Shown here: positions 45,979-56,034 of the stretch, piece by piece | Numbering within the stretch: position 1 is the stretch's first letter | Layout: every line of letters starts with the position of its first letter | Origin: Candidatus Zhuqueibacterota bacterium | GTDB taxonomy: Bacteria; Zhuqueibacterota; Zhuqueibacteria; Thermofontimicrobiales; Thermofontimicrobiaceae | Length of the DNA: 64,000 bases | Direction of reading: 5' to 3' | Assembly (NCBI GenBank): GCA_049322915.1 | Contig: JBMOPW010000034.1 | Span: forward strand, 320,001 to 384,000 | Notes under the pieces: generated by a model | The model's database searches: none | Seen by the model: only the letters and a program-made list of their open reading frames with translations | What the model was told of the DNA's origin: nothing | Position numbers and translations under genes: made by a program

Positions 45979-46254
45979 TCAAAATCGGATTTGAAAATCG
46001 CGGTATTTGCCCTGACAGTCGCTCCAGTCAAGGACGACATGATCGACGCGGGAAATCCGATTCCCCAATTTGAGCTGGGCAATGAACGCCTCGATGATCT
46101 CCCGCTCCCCTTCAACTTCGGTTTCCACATCGCCATCCGGGCGATTTTTCACGTAGCCATGCAGCCCGAATTTCCTGACTTCGGTCTCGACGAACCAGCG
46201 AAATCCAACTCCCTGCACTCTCCCTTTCACGATGATATGGCAACACGAATTCAT
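45979..46254 (-). CDS. acyP: Acylphosphatase
   Basis: VKGRVQGVGFR and GYVKNRPDGDVE motifs. Confidence 0.95.
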   Translation of the reverse strand: MNSCCHIIVKGRVQGVGFRWFVETEVRKFGLHGYVKNRPDGDVETEVEGEREIIEAFIAQLKLGNRISRVDHVVLDWSDCQGKYRDFQIRF

Positions 46255-46290
46255 TCTTTTTCCTGCAAATGGAAAAGGTGATACTCCACA

Positions 46291-47742
46291 TTAGCGCGTA
46301 TGAAATTCAATAACCTTCTCGATCGATTTCTGACACACCGGGCAGAATTCAACCAGGCTTTTGGAGAACATGCGACAGTCAAGGTACGGCCGATACAGCC
46401 CCTCGGAGGCATACCCGGAGCCTTCGAACGCGCCGACTTTGCCGGCATATTTTTGATTGGCGTAAACCTCGTCCCGCTGCTGCAGAATTTGCTGATACTT
46501 CTGCCGATAGTCACCAGCCGATCGATCGATTGTTTGCAGCGCCAGCGTCAGCGAGTCATATTTGGCTTTGTTCCACGGCGTGGGAATTGGCGTGTCCGCA
46601 TCCATCATGTGCCCCCATTTGATCTGGCCGTCTTTGATGATGCCCACATTGGGTTCCCAGGGATCCACACCCAACGGATAAAATTCGTTGTAAGCCACAG
46701 AGGAATTGTAGTATTCGTCGCCCAGGCCGCCAAAGGCATGCCCGAACTCATGGACGAACACGTAATCCGGCCACCAGCCGCTTTTCTCGCCTTCATCGCG
46801 GGCATAGCAGGTGGAGTATAAATTGTAGATTCCGCCGCCTCCGTATTGATTGGAATTGACGATGAAATAGATCTGGTCGTATGGCGCCAGTGAGGCAATG
46901 TCGCGAATGGCTTTGTTCTCTAAGGTCAGGACGTAACGCGCCAGATCGAACGAATTGAAGGAGCAGCCGAATGACGTCCGGCGCCAGAGATTTTGCAGCG
47001 GTTCATCGATGCCGGAATCCAACGAGGGCGCTTCAATCATCCAGACATTGAATGCTTCCCTGTTTTCTTTGAAAGGCGTGGCGTTGAACAGCGTCTCGGT
47101 GAACTTGCTCACGTCCTTTTCAAGCAATTTCATGTCGTCTTTACTGTAGCCATCCCCCAAAATCAGCAGATCGACTTTCGTATGCGGATCGCCGGATTTC
47201 TGAATAGCCCGCACATTCAACGATGGGCAATGGCGCTCGCGGTTCACGAAGCGTGAGCCGGGATCGATTGTTGTTGAAAATACATCCTTGAAGACATTTT
47301 CTTTATCGCGCGTCGCGATGATTACTTTCACCGGCTTTTTAGGAAATGGGAACAGCACTGTCTCGTGGAATGTGCGGTAAATGCCTTTGGCGGCTTCGTC
47401 CGTGGTCTGCCATTCGCCGAAGACGCTGGAATAGCCGCGCGAGAAAATGAGGGTATTACTTTCTGCGTCAAATACCCTGACCAGGTGTTTGCCCAGGTTC
47501 AATGTGTCAATCAGATTCACCTTGTTCCCGGCCCACATCTGGCGGGAGAATGATGGAAGCGCCGGCTCTTCGTACACATTGTCGAGACTGATGATTTCGA
47601 CATCCTTAATCCCGGTGTGATAATAATCCATCCGCATGGTTTTATCAAGAAAATATGCATCAAATTCAACGGCAGAGGAAGGCAGGTACGTCAGCAGCAG
47701 CAAGGAAATCAACATGAAAGAAACGTAACTCCGATGATTCAT
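46291..47742 (-). CDS. Peptidase M64 (IgA peptidase family) with an N-terminal M64_N domain
   Basis: KTMRMDYYHTG, LGDGY, YGGGG, HEFGHAFGGLGDEY zinc motif, GAFEG, CRM and FCPVC; signal peptide from ATG 47742. Confidence 0.92.
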   Translation of the reverse strand: MNHRSYVSFMLISLLLLTYLPSSAVEFDAYFLDKTMRMDYYHTGIKDVEIISLDNVYEEPALPSFSRQMWAGNKVNLIDTLNLGKHLVRVFDAESNTLIFSRGYSSVFGEWQTTDEAAKGIYRTFHETVLFPFPKKPVKVIIATRDKENVFKDVFSTTIDPGSRFVNRERHCPSLNVRAIQKSGDPHTKVDLLILGDGYSKDDMKLLEKDVSKFTETLFNATPFKENREAFNVWMIEAPSLDSGIDEPLQNLWRRTSFGCSFNSFDLARYVLTLENKAIRDIASLAPYDQIYFIVNSNQYGGGGIYNLYSTCYARDEGEKSGWWPDYVFVHEFGHAFGGLGDEYYNSSVAYNEFYPLGVDPWEPNVGIIKDGQIKWGHMMDADTPIPTPWNKAKYDSLTLALQTIDRSAGDYRQKYQQILQQRDEVYANQKYAGKVGAFEGSGYASEGLYRPYLDCRMFSKSLVEFCPVCQKSIEKVIEFHTR

Positions 47743-47785
47743 GGCAATGCTCCTTTTAAATTGATGGTGGTTTTTGGATCGCGAT

Positions 47786-47814
47786 AATATAATCGAATAT
47801 TTTGTCTTATGCAA
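47786..47814 (-). promoter_or_regulatory. sigma70-like promoter of the M64-acyP-apt genes
   Basis: TTGCAT-17-TATATT on the minus strand. Confidence 0.5.
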
Positions 47815-47933
47815 GAGTAGATTTATTTGAACATCATAAAAATTGAAGATGATGACGGTGACTTTTTGGTAAAATTCAGGAAAGTGCGACATTCGTCAGC
47901 CGCGACTTTTTCCCTGACGCTACGAAATATCCC

Positions 47934-47963
47934 TTGACTTTATTAGAAATAATTGATTATATT
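47934..47963 (+). promoter_or_regulatory. sigma70-like promoter of valS
   Basis: TTGACT-18-TATATT; it overlaps the track's upstream TTG start. Confidence 0.5.
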
Positions 47964-48017
47964 TGGTACTTTCGAAGCGAACAACTCATTGTAAACAAGA
48001 GGAGTACTGAAGGAAAT

Positions 48018-50690
48018 ATGTCTGAGTCAGGTATAGCCAAAGTCTACGACCCCAGCAATGTCGAAGCCCGATGGTACAAACATTGGATTGAGAAACAATA
48101 TTTTCATGCTGAAGTGAATCCGACAAAAAAACCCTATTCCATCGTGATACCTCCGCCCAATGTGACGGACATGCTTCACATGGGCCACGCCTACAACAAC
48201 ACTATTCAGGATATTTTCATCCGCTATCACCGAATGGCCGGCTACGAAGCCATGTGGCTGCCCGGCACGGATCATGCCGGTATTGCCACGCAGAATGTTG
48301 TTGAGCGCAATCTGAAAAAAGAGAATAACCTGACCCGCCATGATCTCGGCCGTGAGGAATTTGTCAATCGGGTGTGGCAGTGGAAAGAGAAATACGGCAA
48401 TGTGATCATCGAGCAGTTGAAAAAGCTGGGCTGCTCGTGCGACTGGGACCGGGAGCGGTTCACCATGGACGAAAATTTGTCCCGAACCGTGATCGAAGTG
48501 TTCTGTCTACTTTACGAGCGAGGACTTATCTATCGCGGGAAATACATCATCAACTGGTGTCCCCGTTGCAGCACAGCCCTTTCCGATGAGGAAGCGATTC
48601 ACGAAGATGAAACAGGCAAGCTCTGGTACATCAAATATCCCATTAAAGATAGCAAGAAATTCATCACTGTGGCAACCACGCGACCGGAGACCATGCTGGG
48701 TGACACGGCGATCGCTGTGAATCCCAATGACACGCGTTACAAAAAACTGATCGATAAAACTGCGATCCTGCCAATTCTGGATCGGGAAATCCCAATCATT
48801 GCCGATGACATGGTCGATTCAAAGTTCGGCACCGGGGCCGTGAAAGTGACGCCGGCGCACGATCCCAATGACTTCGAAACCGGCCAGCGCCATTTACTGG
48901 ATCAAATCACTGTAATGGACGAAGACGGCACGATGAACGAGAAAGCCGGCAAGTACAGAGGCTTCGATCGTTTCAAATGCCGCGAGGCTCTGGTACGTGA
49001 GCTGAAAACGCTGGGACTGCTGGAGAAAATCGAAAATCATCACCATGCAGTGGCCCATTGTCAGCGCTGCAACACCGTGATTGAACCCTATCTGTCCACG
49101 CAATGGTTTGTCAAAGTGAAACCTCTGGCTGAACCGGCGCTGCGAGTGGTGCAGGAAGGAAAAATCCAATTTCATCCGGATAAATGGGTGAAGGTCTATG
49201 CCAACTGGATGGAAAATGTGCGCGATTGGTGCATCTCCCGGCAACTGTGGTGGGGCCATCGCATCCCGGTGTATTATTGCCGCGATTGCGACCATTTCAT
49301 GGTTCGGCGCACCGCGCCGGCGACCTGCGAAAAATGCGGCAGCAGCGACATTTACCAGGATGAAGATGTGCTGGATACCTGGTTTTCCTCGTGGCTCTGG
49401 CCATTCTCCACCCTGGGCTGGCCGGACGAGACGCCGGATCTGAAATATTTCTATCCCACAACCACACTGGTCACCGCGCCGGATATCATCTTTTTCTGGG
49501 TGGCGCGGATGATAATGTCCGGGCTGGAATTCAAAAATGAAGTGCCTTTCTCCCACGTCTTTTTCAATGGACTGATTCGCGATTCACAAGGCCGGAAAAT
49601 GAGTAAAAGTTTGGGCAACGGCATCGACCCGCTTAAAATGGTTGATATGTACAGCGCCGACGCTGTCCGTTTTTCGCTGCTGATGCTCACTTCCGAAGGA
49701 CAGGACATCAACCTGGCCGAGACCAGTTTCGAAATCGGTCGGAATTTTTCCAATAAACTCTGGAATTCATTCCGTTTCCTGGCGCTCAGCTTTGAGAACG
49801 AGGATGTCGCCGCGCTCATTCAGAGCGATCAATTCAAGGAGCATCGCGATGCACTGCAATTGGCCGACCGCTGGATATTGAGCCGGCTTCATAAAACCAT
49901 CGCGAATGTCACGACATCGCTGAATGACTTTCATCTCAATGACGCCATCAACGACCTGTATGCCTTCTTCTGGCGCGAATACTGCGATTGGTACCTGGAA
50001 CTGATCAAGCCGCGATTGTACGGCGAAGACGCCCAGGCCAGGAAAACGGCTCTGTCCGTGGCTATTTACGTGATGCGAAATATCATGAAGCTGCTCCATC
50101 CAACTATCCCGTTCATCACGGAGGAAATTTGGCAGCAGATAAAATTGAGCCATGAGCCGGATCTGATCGTCGCAGATTGGCCAATGTCGGACGCTGCCTA
50201 CATGGACGATAGTGCAGAAGCCGAGATGGTGATTGTGCAACACGTCATTGGCGCCATTCGAAATATCCGCGGCGAAATGAACGTGCCGCCCAATAAAAAG
50301 GCTCAGGTCCTCATCCGCAGCAGCAATCATAACCACACCGATGTGGTGAAGCAGAACGAAGAATCGCTGATTGCCCTGGCGAAGCTGGATTCGGTGCAGA
50401 CAGGAAATGGACTAACGCGGCCTACATTATCGGCCAGTTCTGTCGTGCTCGATATGGAAATTTTTATGCCGCTCGCAGGACTCATCGATGTCGATGTCGA
50501 GCGCAAGCGGCTCACGAAGGAGATCACCCGACTTGAAAAACAGATCGAAGGGATCAACTCCAAACTGATGAACAAGGATTTCATCGGCAGGGCGCCCAAA
50601 GAGGTGATCGATAAAGAGCGCCAGAAAAGCACGGATTTTCAGACCAGTCTCAATAAAGTGAAACTGAATCTGAAAAGCTTTGAAGACTGA
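48018..50690 (+). CDS. valS: Valine--tRNA ligase
   Basis: PPPNVT..LHMGHA (HIGH), DHAGIATQ, DWCISRQLWWGHRIP, KMSKS and a C-terminal coiled coil. Confidence 0.98.
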   Translation: MSESGIAKVYDPSNVEARWYKHWIEKQYFHAEVNPTKKPYSIVIPPPNVTDMLHMGHAYNNTIQDIFIRYHRMAGYEAMWLPGTDHAGIATQNVVERNLKKENNLTRHDLGREEFVNRVWQWKEKYGNVIIEQLKKLGCSCDWDRERFTMDENLSRTVIEVFCLLYERGLIYRGKYIINWCPRCSTALSDEEAIHEDETGKLWYIKYPIKDSKKFITVATTRPETMLGDTAIAVNPNDTRYKKLIDKTAILPILDREIPIIADDMVDSKFGTGAVKVTPAHDPNDFETGQRHLLDQITVMDEDGTMNEKAGKYRGFDRFKCREALVRELKTLGLLEKIENHHHAVAHCQRCNTVIEPYLSTQWFVKVKPLAEPALRVVQEGKIQFHPDKWVKVYANWMENVRDWCISRQLWWGHRIPVYYCRDCDHFMVRRTAPATCEKCGSSDIYQDEDVLDTWFSSWLWPFSTLGWPDETPDLKYFYPTTTLVTAPDIIFFWVARMIMSGLEFKNEVPFSHVFFNGLIRDSQGRKMSKSLGNGIDPLKMVDMYSADAVRFSLLMLTSEGQDINLAETSFEIGRNFSNKLWNSFRFLALSFENEDVAALIQSDQFKEHRDALQLADRWILSRLHKTIANVTTSLNDFHLNDAINDLYAFFWREYCDWYLELIKPRLYGEDAQARKTALSVAIYVMRNIMKLLHPTIPFITEEIWQQIKLSHEPDLIVADWPMSDAAYMDDSAEAEMVIVQHVIGAIRNIRGEMNVPPNKKAQVLIRSSNHNHTDVVKQNEESLIALAKLDSVQTGNGLTRPTLSASSVVLDMEIFMPLAGLIDVDVERKRLTKEITRLEKQIEGINSKLMNKDFIGRAPKEVIDKERQKSTDFQTSLNKVKLNLKSFED

Positions 50691-50696
50691 ACATGG

Positions 50697-50733
50697 AAAT
50701 GACCATCTTTTTATAGATGGTCATTTGTCTTTT
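50697..50733 (+). terminator. Terminator after valS
   Basis: Perfect stem AAATGACCATCT-TTTTAT-AGATGGTCATTT followed by GTCTTTT. Confidence 0.75.
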
Positions 50734-50870
50734 ACCTGAATTTCGAATTCGAAATTATCGATTCTGAAAAGCTGAAGTTGGTTTTAACAATGAAATTGAA
50801 TTTCACAGAATAAGAATGAGTCCACTCTAATCAGCGATTTTTAAGATTGAATTTATTTGACGTTACATCT

Positions 50871-51199
50871 TATGAAATAGAACGCGGATAACACAGATGA
50901 CACGGATTTTCGCTGATTTTTTGCCTTGATCTGTAATGTAAATTCAAATAAATTTTGGCGGTCAAAAATGGATAAATTATTGTAATGAGATTGAAAACCG
51001 AGTAATTCACATTTCATATAGCAACCGTTTTTTAAATCAGTTAAAATTGAAAGCTTAAAAACTGGGATTAAAACCAAACTGCCAAAATTTCTTTTACCTT
51101 TTGGGGTTAGCTTATATTAAACATGCTTGTTCATAACTTAACTCTTTGTTAATCAGCGTTATCCCCGCTTAGCGGGATCATCGTCGTTCTATGAAATAG
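50871..51199. mobile_element. MITE-like element: imperfect terminal inverted repeats around an AT-rich core
   Basis: ATAGAACGCGGAT...CGCTGATT (50877-50918) is inverted relative to AATCAGCG...CGTTCTAT (51151-51192); TATGAAATAG is present at both ends. Confidence 0.45.
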
Positions 51200-51236
51200 T
51201 CAAATGAACAACGCTTGAAAAATCCCTGTCCAATAA

Positions 51237-51370
51237 GGGGCTGAAGCCCAACAATCATCGTTGAATTTCTGTTCCCCGACTTAAACGTCGGAGCGATTCA
51301 AGGTGTTTAACTTTTTCAGTGAATTGCCACGTCATGTATGATGTGGATCAAAGACGTTTAGGGCTTTTTA
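51237..51370. repeat. Degenerate REP-like inverted doublet
   Basis: GGGCTGAAGCCC...CCCCGACTTAAACGTCGGAGCGATTCA and the inverted TGAATTGCCACGTCATGTATGATGTGG...GGGCTTTTA. Confidence 0.45.
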
Positions 51371-51426
51371 GAGTCGACCCGGGAATGAAAATGAGATTGA
51401 AATCTTCAATTAACTTCGTGCCCGGG

Positions 51427-51457
51427 GACTTCGAGGCAAGAATACATGCCTGAATAG
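51427..51457 (+). repeat. 31-bp dispersed repeat, copy 1
   Basis: GACTTCGAGGCAAGAATACATGCCTGAATAG; 30/31 identical to 55690-55720. Confidence 0.8.
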
Positions 51458-51529
51458 CTACGAAAAATCATTTTAGAATTATACAGGTTTTATTCAAATT
51501 GGTGAAATGACAAACATGGAGGTGTTGCC

Positions 51530-52894
51530 ATGAGAAAATATATCATCATCGTCGCGCTGCTGCTCCTGCTTCTGCCGGGTGCGCAGGCCCAGGAGCGGCA
51601 AATTTCCATCACCGTGTACAACAATGATCTCGGCGTTGTCAAAGATATCCGTTCACTGGATTTGCCGCGAGGTATCTCCCTGGTAAATTATCAGGATGTC
51701 GCTGCATCCATCGATCCGACGTCTGTGCATTTTAAATCCCTGACCACGCCGGACAAAGTCGCAATACTCGAGCAGAACTACGAATTCGATCTGGTCAATT
51801 CGGACAAAATTGCCGAACGATACCTGGACAGGATTGTCACAATTCAATTGAAGGACAAAGAAGAAGTGAGCGGCAAGCTGCTGAGCCACGAGGCTGGCAA
51901 CCTGGTTCTACAGACCGATACCGGCGCTGTCAAAGTGATTTCCGCGTCCCAGATCGTTCAGGTCAATTTTCCCAAATTGCCCGAAGGCTTGATCACGCGG
52001 CCCACGCTCGTCTGGTCGATTCACAATGAAAAGCCGGGGAACCACCAGACAGAGGTCAGCTATCTGGCATCGCGTATTAGCTGGCACGCGGAATACGTCG
52101 CTGTCACCAAAAACAATGACCGGCAACTGGAATTGAGCGCTTGGGTCTCCATTGATAATCGATGCGGCGCTGCATTTCCCGAGGCGACCCTGAAACTCAT
52201 CGCCGGAGAGGTCAATCGCGCCATTGCGCCGCGACCCTTTCGCGCCGGCAAAGCCTACGCCATGGAAGCCCTGGATATGGCTGCGCCCCAATTCGAGGAA
52301 AAATCGTTCTTCGAATACCACATGTACACGCTCAACCAGAAATCAACACTGCTGAATAATCAAATCAAACAGATATCTCTCTTCCCCACGACCGCAGTCG
52401 CCATCGAAAAAATTTATACCTACGAAGCTGCAAAATCCGCTGAAGACGTCCGCGTGAATTTGAAATTTAAAAACAGCAAGGAGAGCGGCCTGGGCATGCC
52501 ATTGCCGGCCGGCAAGGTGCGCGTGTATCAGGAAGACCCGGCGGATAAATCATTGGAATTCATCGGCGAGGATATGATTGTTCATACTGCCAAAGATGAA
52601 AATGTGCGTCTCTATCTGGGCAATGCATTCGATATTACGCCGGAACGCACCATGCTGAAGAAAACCCCCACGGGCAAGAACAGCCATGAAGAGGTCTGGC
52701 AGGTGAAAATCAGAAATCACAAAGATGCGCCTGTCACGGTTCAGGTCATTGAAAATTTTTACGGTTTCTGGAAAATCGCGAAATCATCGCATGAGTACAA
52801 ACAGCCGGATAGCCGAACAGTGGTGTTCAATCTGCCAATAGAAAAAGACGCAGAAGCCGTGCTGGAATATACCATCACCTTCACGATTAAATAA
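51530..52894 (+). CDS. DUF4139 domain-containing secreted protein
   Basis: Signal peptide; ITVYNNDLGVV, ILEQNYEFDL, ISWHAEY, EYHMYTL and LGMPLPAGKVRVY motifs; RBS GGAGG. Confidence 0.85.
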   Translation: MRKYIIIVALLLLLLPGAQAQERQISITVYNNDLGVVKDIRSLDLPRGISLVNYQDVAASIDPTSVHFKSLTTPDKVAILEQNYEFDLVNSDKIAERYLDRIVTIQLKDKEEVSGKLLSHEAGNLVLQTDTGAVKVISASQIVQVNFPKLPEGLITRPTLVWSIHNEKPGNHQTEVSYLASRISWHAEYVAVTKNNDRQLELSAWVSIDNRCGAAFPEATLKLIAGEVNRAIAPRPFRAGKAYAMEALDMAAPQFEEKSFFEYHMYTLNQKSTLLNNQIKQISLFPTTAVAIEKIYTYEAAKSAEDVRVNLKFKNSKESGLGMPLPAGKVRVYQEDPADKSLEFIGEDMIVHTAKDENVRLYLGNAFDITPERTMLKKTPTGKNSHEEVWQVKIRNHKDAPVTVQVIENFYGFWKIAKSSHEYKQPDSRTVVFNLPIEKDAEAVLEYTITFTIK

Positions 52895-53023
52895 TCCGGG
52901 CGCAATGGTGCGGGTCGTCTCCGATGTCGGAATTTCCGGAATGCGCCATTTGCCCGACTCCACATTCCGATGGAGGGCCGGCGCTTTTCATGCGACTCCG
53001 CCACTGCGACAAAGCGATAACGA

Positions 53024-55135
53024 GTGAACGATTCAATTAAACATAAACTTGATCATTCAGTCCAATATCTCAAAGGGATTGGAGAAAAGCGCGCCGCTGC
53101 ATTGGCTGAAAACAACATCCACACCGCGTGGGATTTGCTGCAATATTTTCCCCGGCGCTATCTGGATCGAACCAAAATGCCGGCCATCAAAGATGTGAAG
53201 CCCGAGGACATGGTCACTGTTATCGGAAAAATCATCACCTGCGGCATTCAAAAAGGCCGACGCTCCCGTTATATCGTCACGCTTTCGGATGGCACCGGCT
53301 ACCTCACCTGCGTCTGGTTTCATCAGATTAATTACTGGCAGAAAAAATTCAGCGTTGGCCAGGTCATCGCTGTGAGCGGCAAAGTTGGCTATTTCGGCGG
53401 CAAACAGATTGTGCACCCGGAACTGGATGTGCTATCCGAGGACGGCGATGATCTTGAAAATCAGCTCCTGAATACCGGCAAAATCATCCCGCTTTATTCC
53501 ACCACAGAATCGCTGAGCCGGATGGGACTGGACAGTCGGGGCATTCGAAAAATCATTCGCTCCGTGGTGAAAAGCTATATGTCGGAATTGGTCGAAGTTT
53601 TGCCGGGGTCCATCATTGAAAAATATCGGCTCATGTCCTTTCAACAGGCCATCGAAATGATCCATTTGCCGGCCAATTTCGATCTATTGAAACAGGCGCA
53701 GCATCGTTTGAAATTCAATGAGCTTTTCTTTTTAGAATACCTGCTGGCGTTGCGCAGGCAGCGCATGACGTCTCATCAGACAGGGATATCGTTCACCGAG
53801 GTCGGTGAAAAGACGAGGAAGCTGGCTGAAAAACTTCCGTTCGAGCTGACGGGAGCGCAGAAAAAAGTGTTGAGAGAAATTCGCCAGGACATGAAAAAGC
53901 CTACCCCCATGTATCGGCTGCTTCAGGGCGACGTGGGTTCGGGCAAGACCATTGTGGCTCTGGTGACGATGCTGATCGCGATTGAAAATGGGTACCAGGC
54001 CGCGTTGATGGCGCCCACGGAAATTTTGGCGGAGCAGCATTACCTGCATTTTCACCACATGCTGGAAGATCTGCACGTCACTGTGAAACTGCTGATCGGC
54101 GCTCCAAAGACGAAGGAGCGGTTGGAATTGCTAGAGGATATTTCGTCAGGGGACTGTGATATCGTCATCGGCACCCACGCGTTGATTCAGGAGGCAGTCA
54201 CGTTCAAAAAGCTGGGATTGATCGTCATCGATGAACAGCATCGGTTTGGCGTGGCGCAACGGTCGCTGATCTTCGACAAAGGCGCGAATCCGGATGTGCT
54301 CATCATGACTGCAACGCCAATCCCTCGCACTCTGTCGCTCACTGTGTACGGCGATCTCGATGTCTCCAGAATTGACGAAATGCCGGCCGGCCGGAAGAAG
54401 ATCATCACATCATGGCGTTATGCGGACAAACGCCAGGATATTTATGAATTCGTTCGCTCGAAGCTGGAACTCGGGCAGCAAGCGTACATTGTCTTCCCGC
54501 TCATCGAGGAATCGGAAAAATTGGATTTGCGCGCCGCGACTGAGAGTTATGAACACCTGTCCAAAACAGTGTTCACTCATAACAAAATTGCCCTGCTCCA
54601 TGGCCGCATGAAGAGCGAAGAGAAAGACGACATCATGGCGACGTTCAAGCGCGGCGAGATTCAGGTGCTAGTGAGCACAACGGTCATTGAAGTCGGCGTG
54701 GATGTGCCGGCGGCCACCATCATGGTCATTGAAAATGCGGAGCGCTTCGGATTGACCCAGTTGCATCAACTGCGGGGCCGTGTTGGGCGCGGCGCCGAGC
54801 AATCCTATTGCATTATGATCGCCGATTCCCGGCTCACGGACGACGCCCGGAAACGTCTCGATACCATGAAAGAGACGACCGATGGTTTCAAAATCGCCGA
54901 AGTGGACCTGGAATTGCGCGGCCCGGGTGAATTTTTTGGCACACGACAACACGGATTGCCGGAGCTCAAAATTGCCGACCCGGTTCACGATATGCCCATT
55001 TTGCTGCAGGCAAGGCGCGCTGCATTCGGTGTGTTGGAATCGGTTCAGGAGTACGAATTCATGACGAGGCAGATGCACGAACTCTCATTTTACAATGATT
55101 TCAGGGACAAAATTCAAATCATGCGAATCGGATAG
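53024..55135 (+). CDS. recG: ATP-dependent DNA helicase RecG
   Basis: LLQGDVGSGKT, MAPTEILAEQH, DEQHRFGV, TATPIPRT and QLHQLRGRVGRG motifs. Confidence 0.98.
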   Translation: MNDSIKHKLDHSVQYLKGIGEKRAAALAENNIHTAWDLLQYFPRRYLDRTKMPAIKDVKPEDMVTVIGKIITCGIQKGRRSRYIVTLSDGTGYLTCVWFHQINYWQKKFSVGQVIAVSGKVGYFGGKQIVHPELDVLSEDGDDLENQLLNTGKIIPLYSTTESLSRMGLDSRGIRKIIRSVVKSYMSELVEVLPGSIIEKYRLMSFQQAIEMIHLPANFDLLKQAQHRLKFNELFFLEYLLALRRQRMTSHQTGISFTEVGEKTRKLAEKLPFELTGAQKKVLREIRQDMKKPTPMYRLLQGDVGSGKTIVALVTMLIAIENGYQAALMAPTEILAEQHYLHFHHMLEDLHVTVKLLIGAPKTKERLELLEDISSGDCDIVIGTHALIQEAVTFKKLGLIVIDEQHRFGVAQRSLIFDKGANPDVLIMTATPIPRTLSLTVYGDLDVSRIDEMPAGRKKIITSWRYADKRQDIYEFVRSKLELGQQAYIVFPLIEESEKLDLRAATESYEHLSKTVFTHNKIALLHGRMKSEEKDDIMATFKRGEIQVLVSTTVIEVGVDVPAATIMVIENAERFGLTQLHQLRGRVGRGAEQSYCIMIADSRLTDDARKRLDTMKETTDGFKIAEVDLELRGPGEFFGTRQHGLPELKIADPVHDMPILLQARRAAFGVLESVQEYEFMTRQMHELSFYNDFRDKIQIMRIG

Positions 55136-55237
55136 GTCGCATATCCCGGCAGAAATCGCGACATGCATGATTTAACTGAAAAGCTGTATTTTGGAAATGT
55201 CACCCGATCGTTCAAATTAATGACAATAAAGGGAGGG

Positions 55238-55540
55238 ATGAACGTGGATCGATTATCGCAGGAAGAAAAAAACAAATTCCTGTTCTCCTACGTGGTCATG
55301 TCGCATCAGACTTCCGCGTTGGTCAATCTGGGGCTTGTCAAAGACCCGACCACTCAGAAGACTGAGGTCAACCTGGATAATGCCCGATTGGCGATTGACG
55401 TGCTGGAAATGCTTGCGGACAAGACGAAGAACAATCTATCCAAAGACGAGCACGATTTTCTGCAATCCACTTTGCAGCAGATTCGTCTGGCATTTATCAA
55501 AGTAGCGGAGAAAGCGGATTCAGCCGACAGACCGAAATGA
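55238..55540 (+). CDS. DUF1844-family small helical protein
   Basis: ALVNLGLVKDP...NLDNARLAIDVLEMLADKTKNNL...E...L...L pattern; GGAGG upstream (the start could be GTG 55244). Confidence 0.85.
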   Translation: MNVDRLSQEEKNKFLFSYVVMSHQTSALVNLGLVKDPTTQKTEVNLDNARLAIDVLEMLADKTKNNLSKDEHDFLQSTLQQIRLAFIKVAEKADSADRPK

Positions 55541-55689
55541 ACCATTGCGCGCGAGCCGTCGCCATCGCCGGCTGACTTCTGCTGGAACAGCGCCCGCTCC
55601 ACTGATCGATTAAGCCAGGCTGCGGCCGGCTTGCCCGCCATCCGCTTCAGAGATTGATTCGACTGTTTTCTACCGCGAAGCACAGTGGT

Positions 55690-55720
55690 GACTTTGAGGC
55701 AAGAATACATGCCTGAATAG
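55690..55720 (+). repeat. 31-bp dispersed repeat, copy 2 (inside a GTGACT...AGTCAC hairpin)
   Basis: GACTTTGAGGCAAGAATACATGCCTGAATAG. Confidence 0.8.
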
Positions 55721-56034
55721 TCACACTCTTTTCATTTTTTTCCATAGAAGTTTAGTAACAGACCCACCTCAATATTTGAGCCTCGTGCATAGGCAAAGTT
55801 TGCTCAAGACTTTTAAGTTTTACAATTATTGATTCGATCAGTCATCAATTCTCACTGCGTGCATCGTGGTTTATTCTCTTTAAGTCGTACTATCTTCTGA
55901 TGACTGAGCTTCTCTTCCTCCCTGAGAATTATTTTCTCCATCCCTTCTGTATTTGAAATTTTAGCTTGATTTAATATATTTTTTTTTTTAACTTGGCAGT
56001 CATTTTTGTAATTTACTTTTTGAATCGATCTTGC

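Noticed and set aside
47893..48017. T-box riboswitch upstream of valS
   Set aside because: The predicted leader is only about 50 nt, with no T-box consensus or terminator.
50853..51077. 74-aa ORF after valS
   Set aside because: It lies in the AT-rich MITE-like element, and its end (NQRKSVSSVLSAFY) is repeat-derived.
55354..55710. 118-aa minus-strand ORF
   Set aside because: It overlaps DUF1844 antisense and reads through the attC-like and 31-bp repeats.
51427..55720. 31-bp repeat as a CRISPR array
   Set aside because: Only two copies 4.3 kb apart, no regular spacers and no cas genes.
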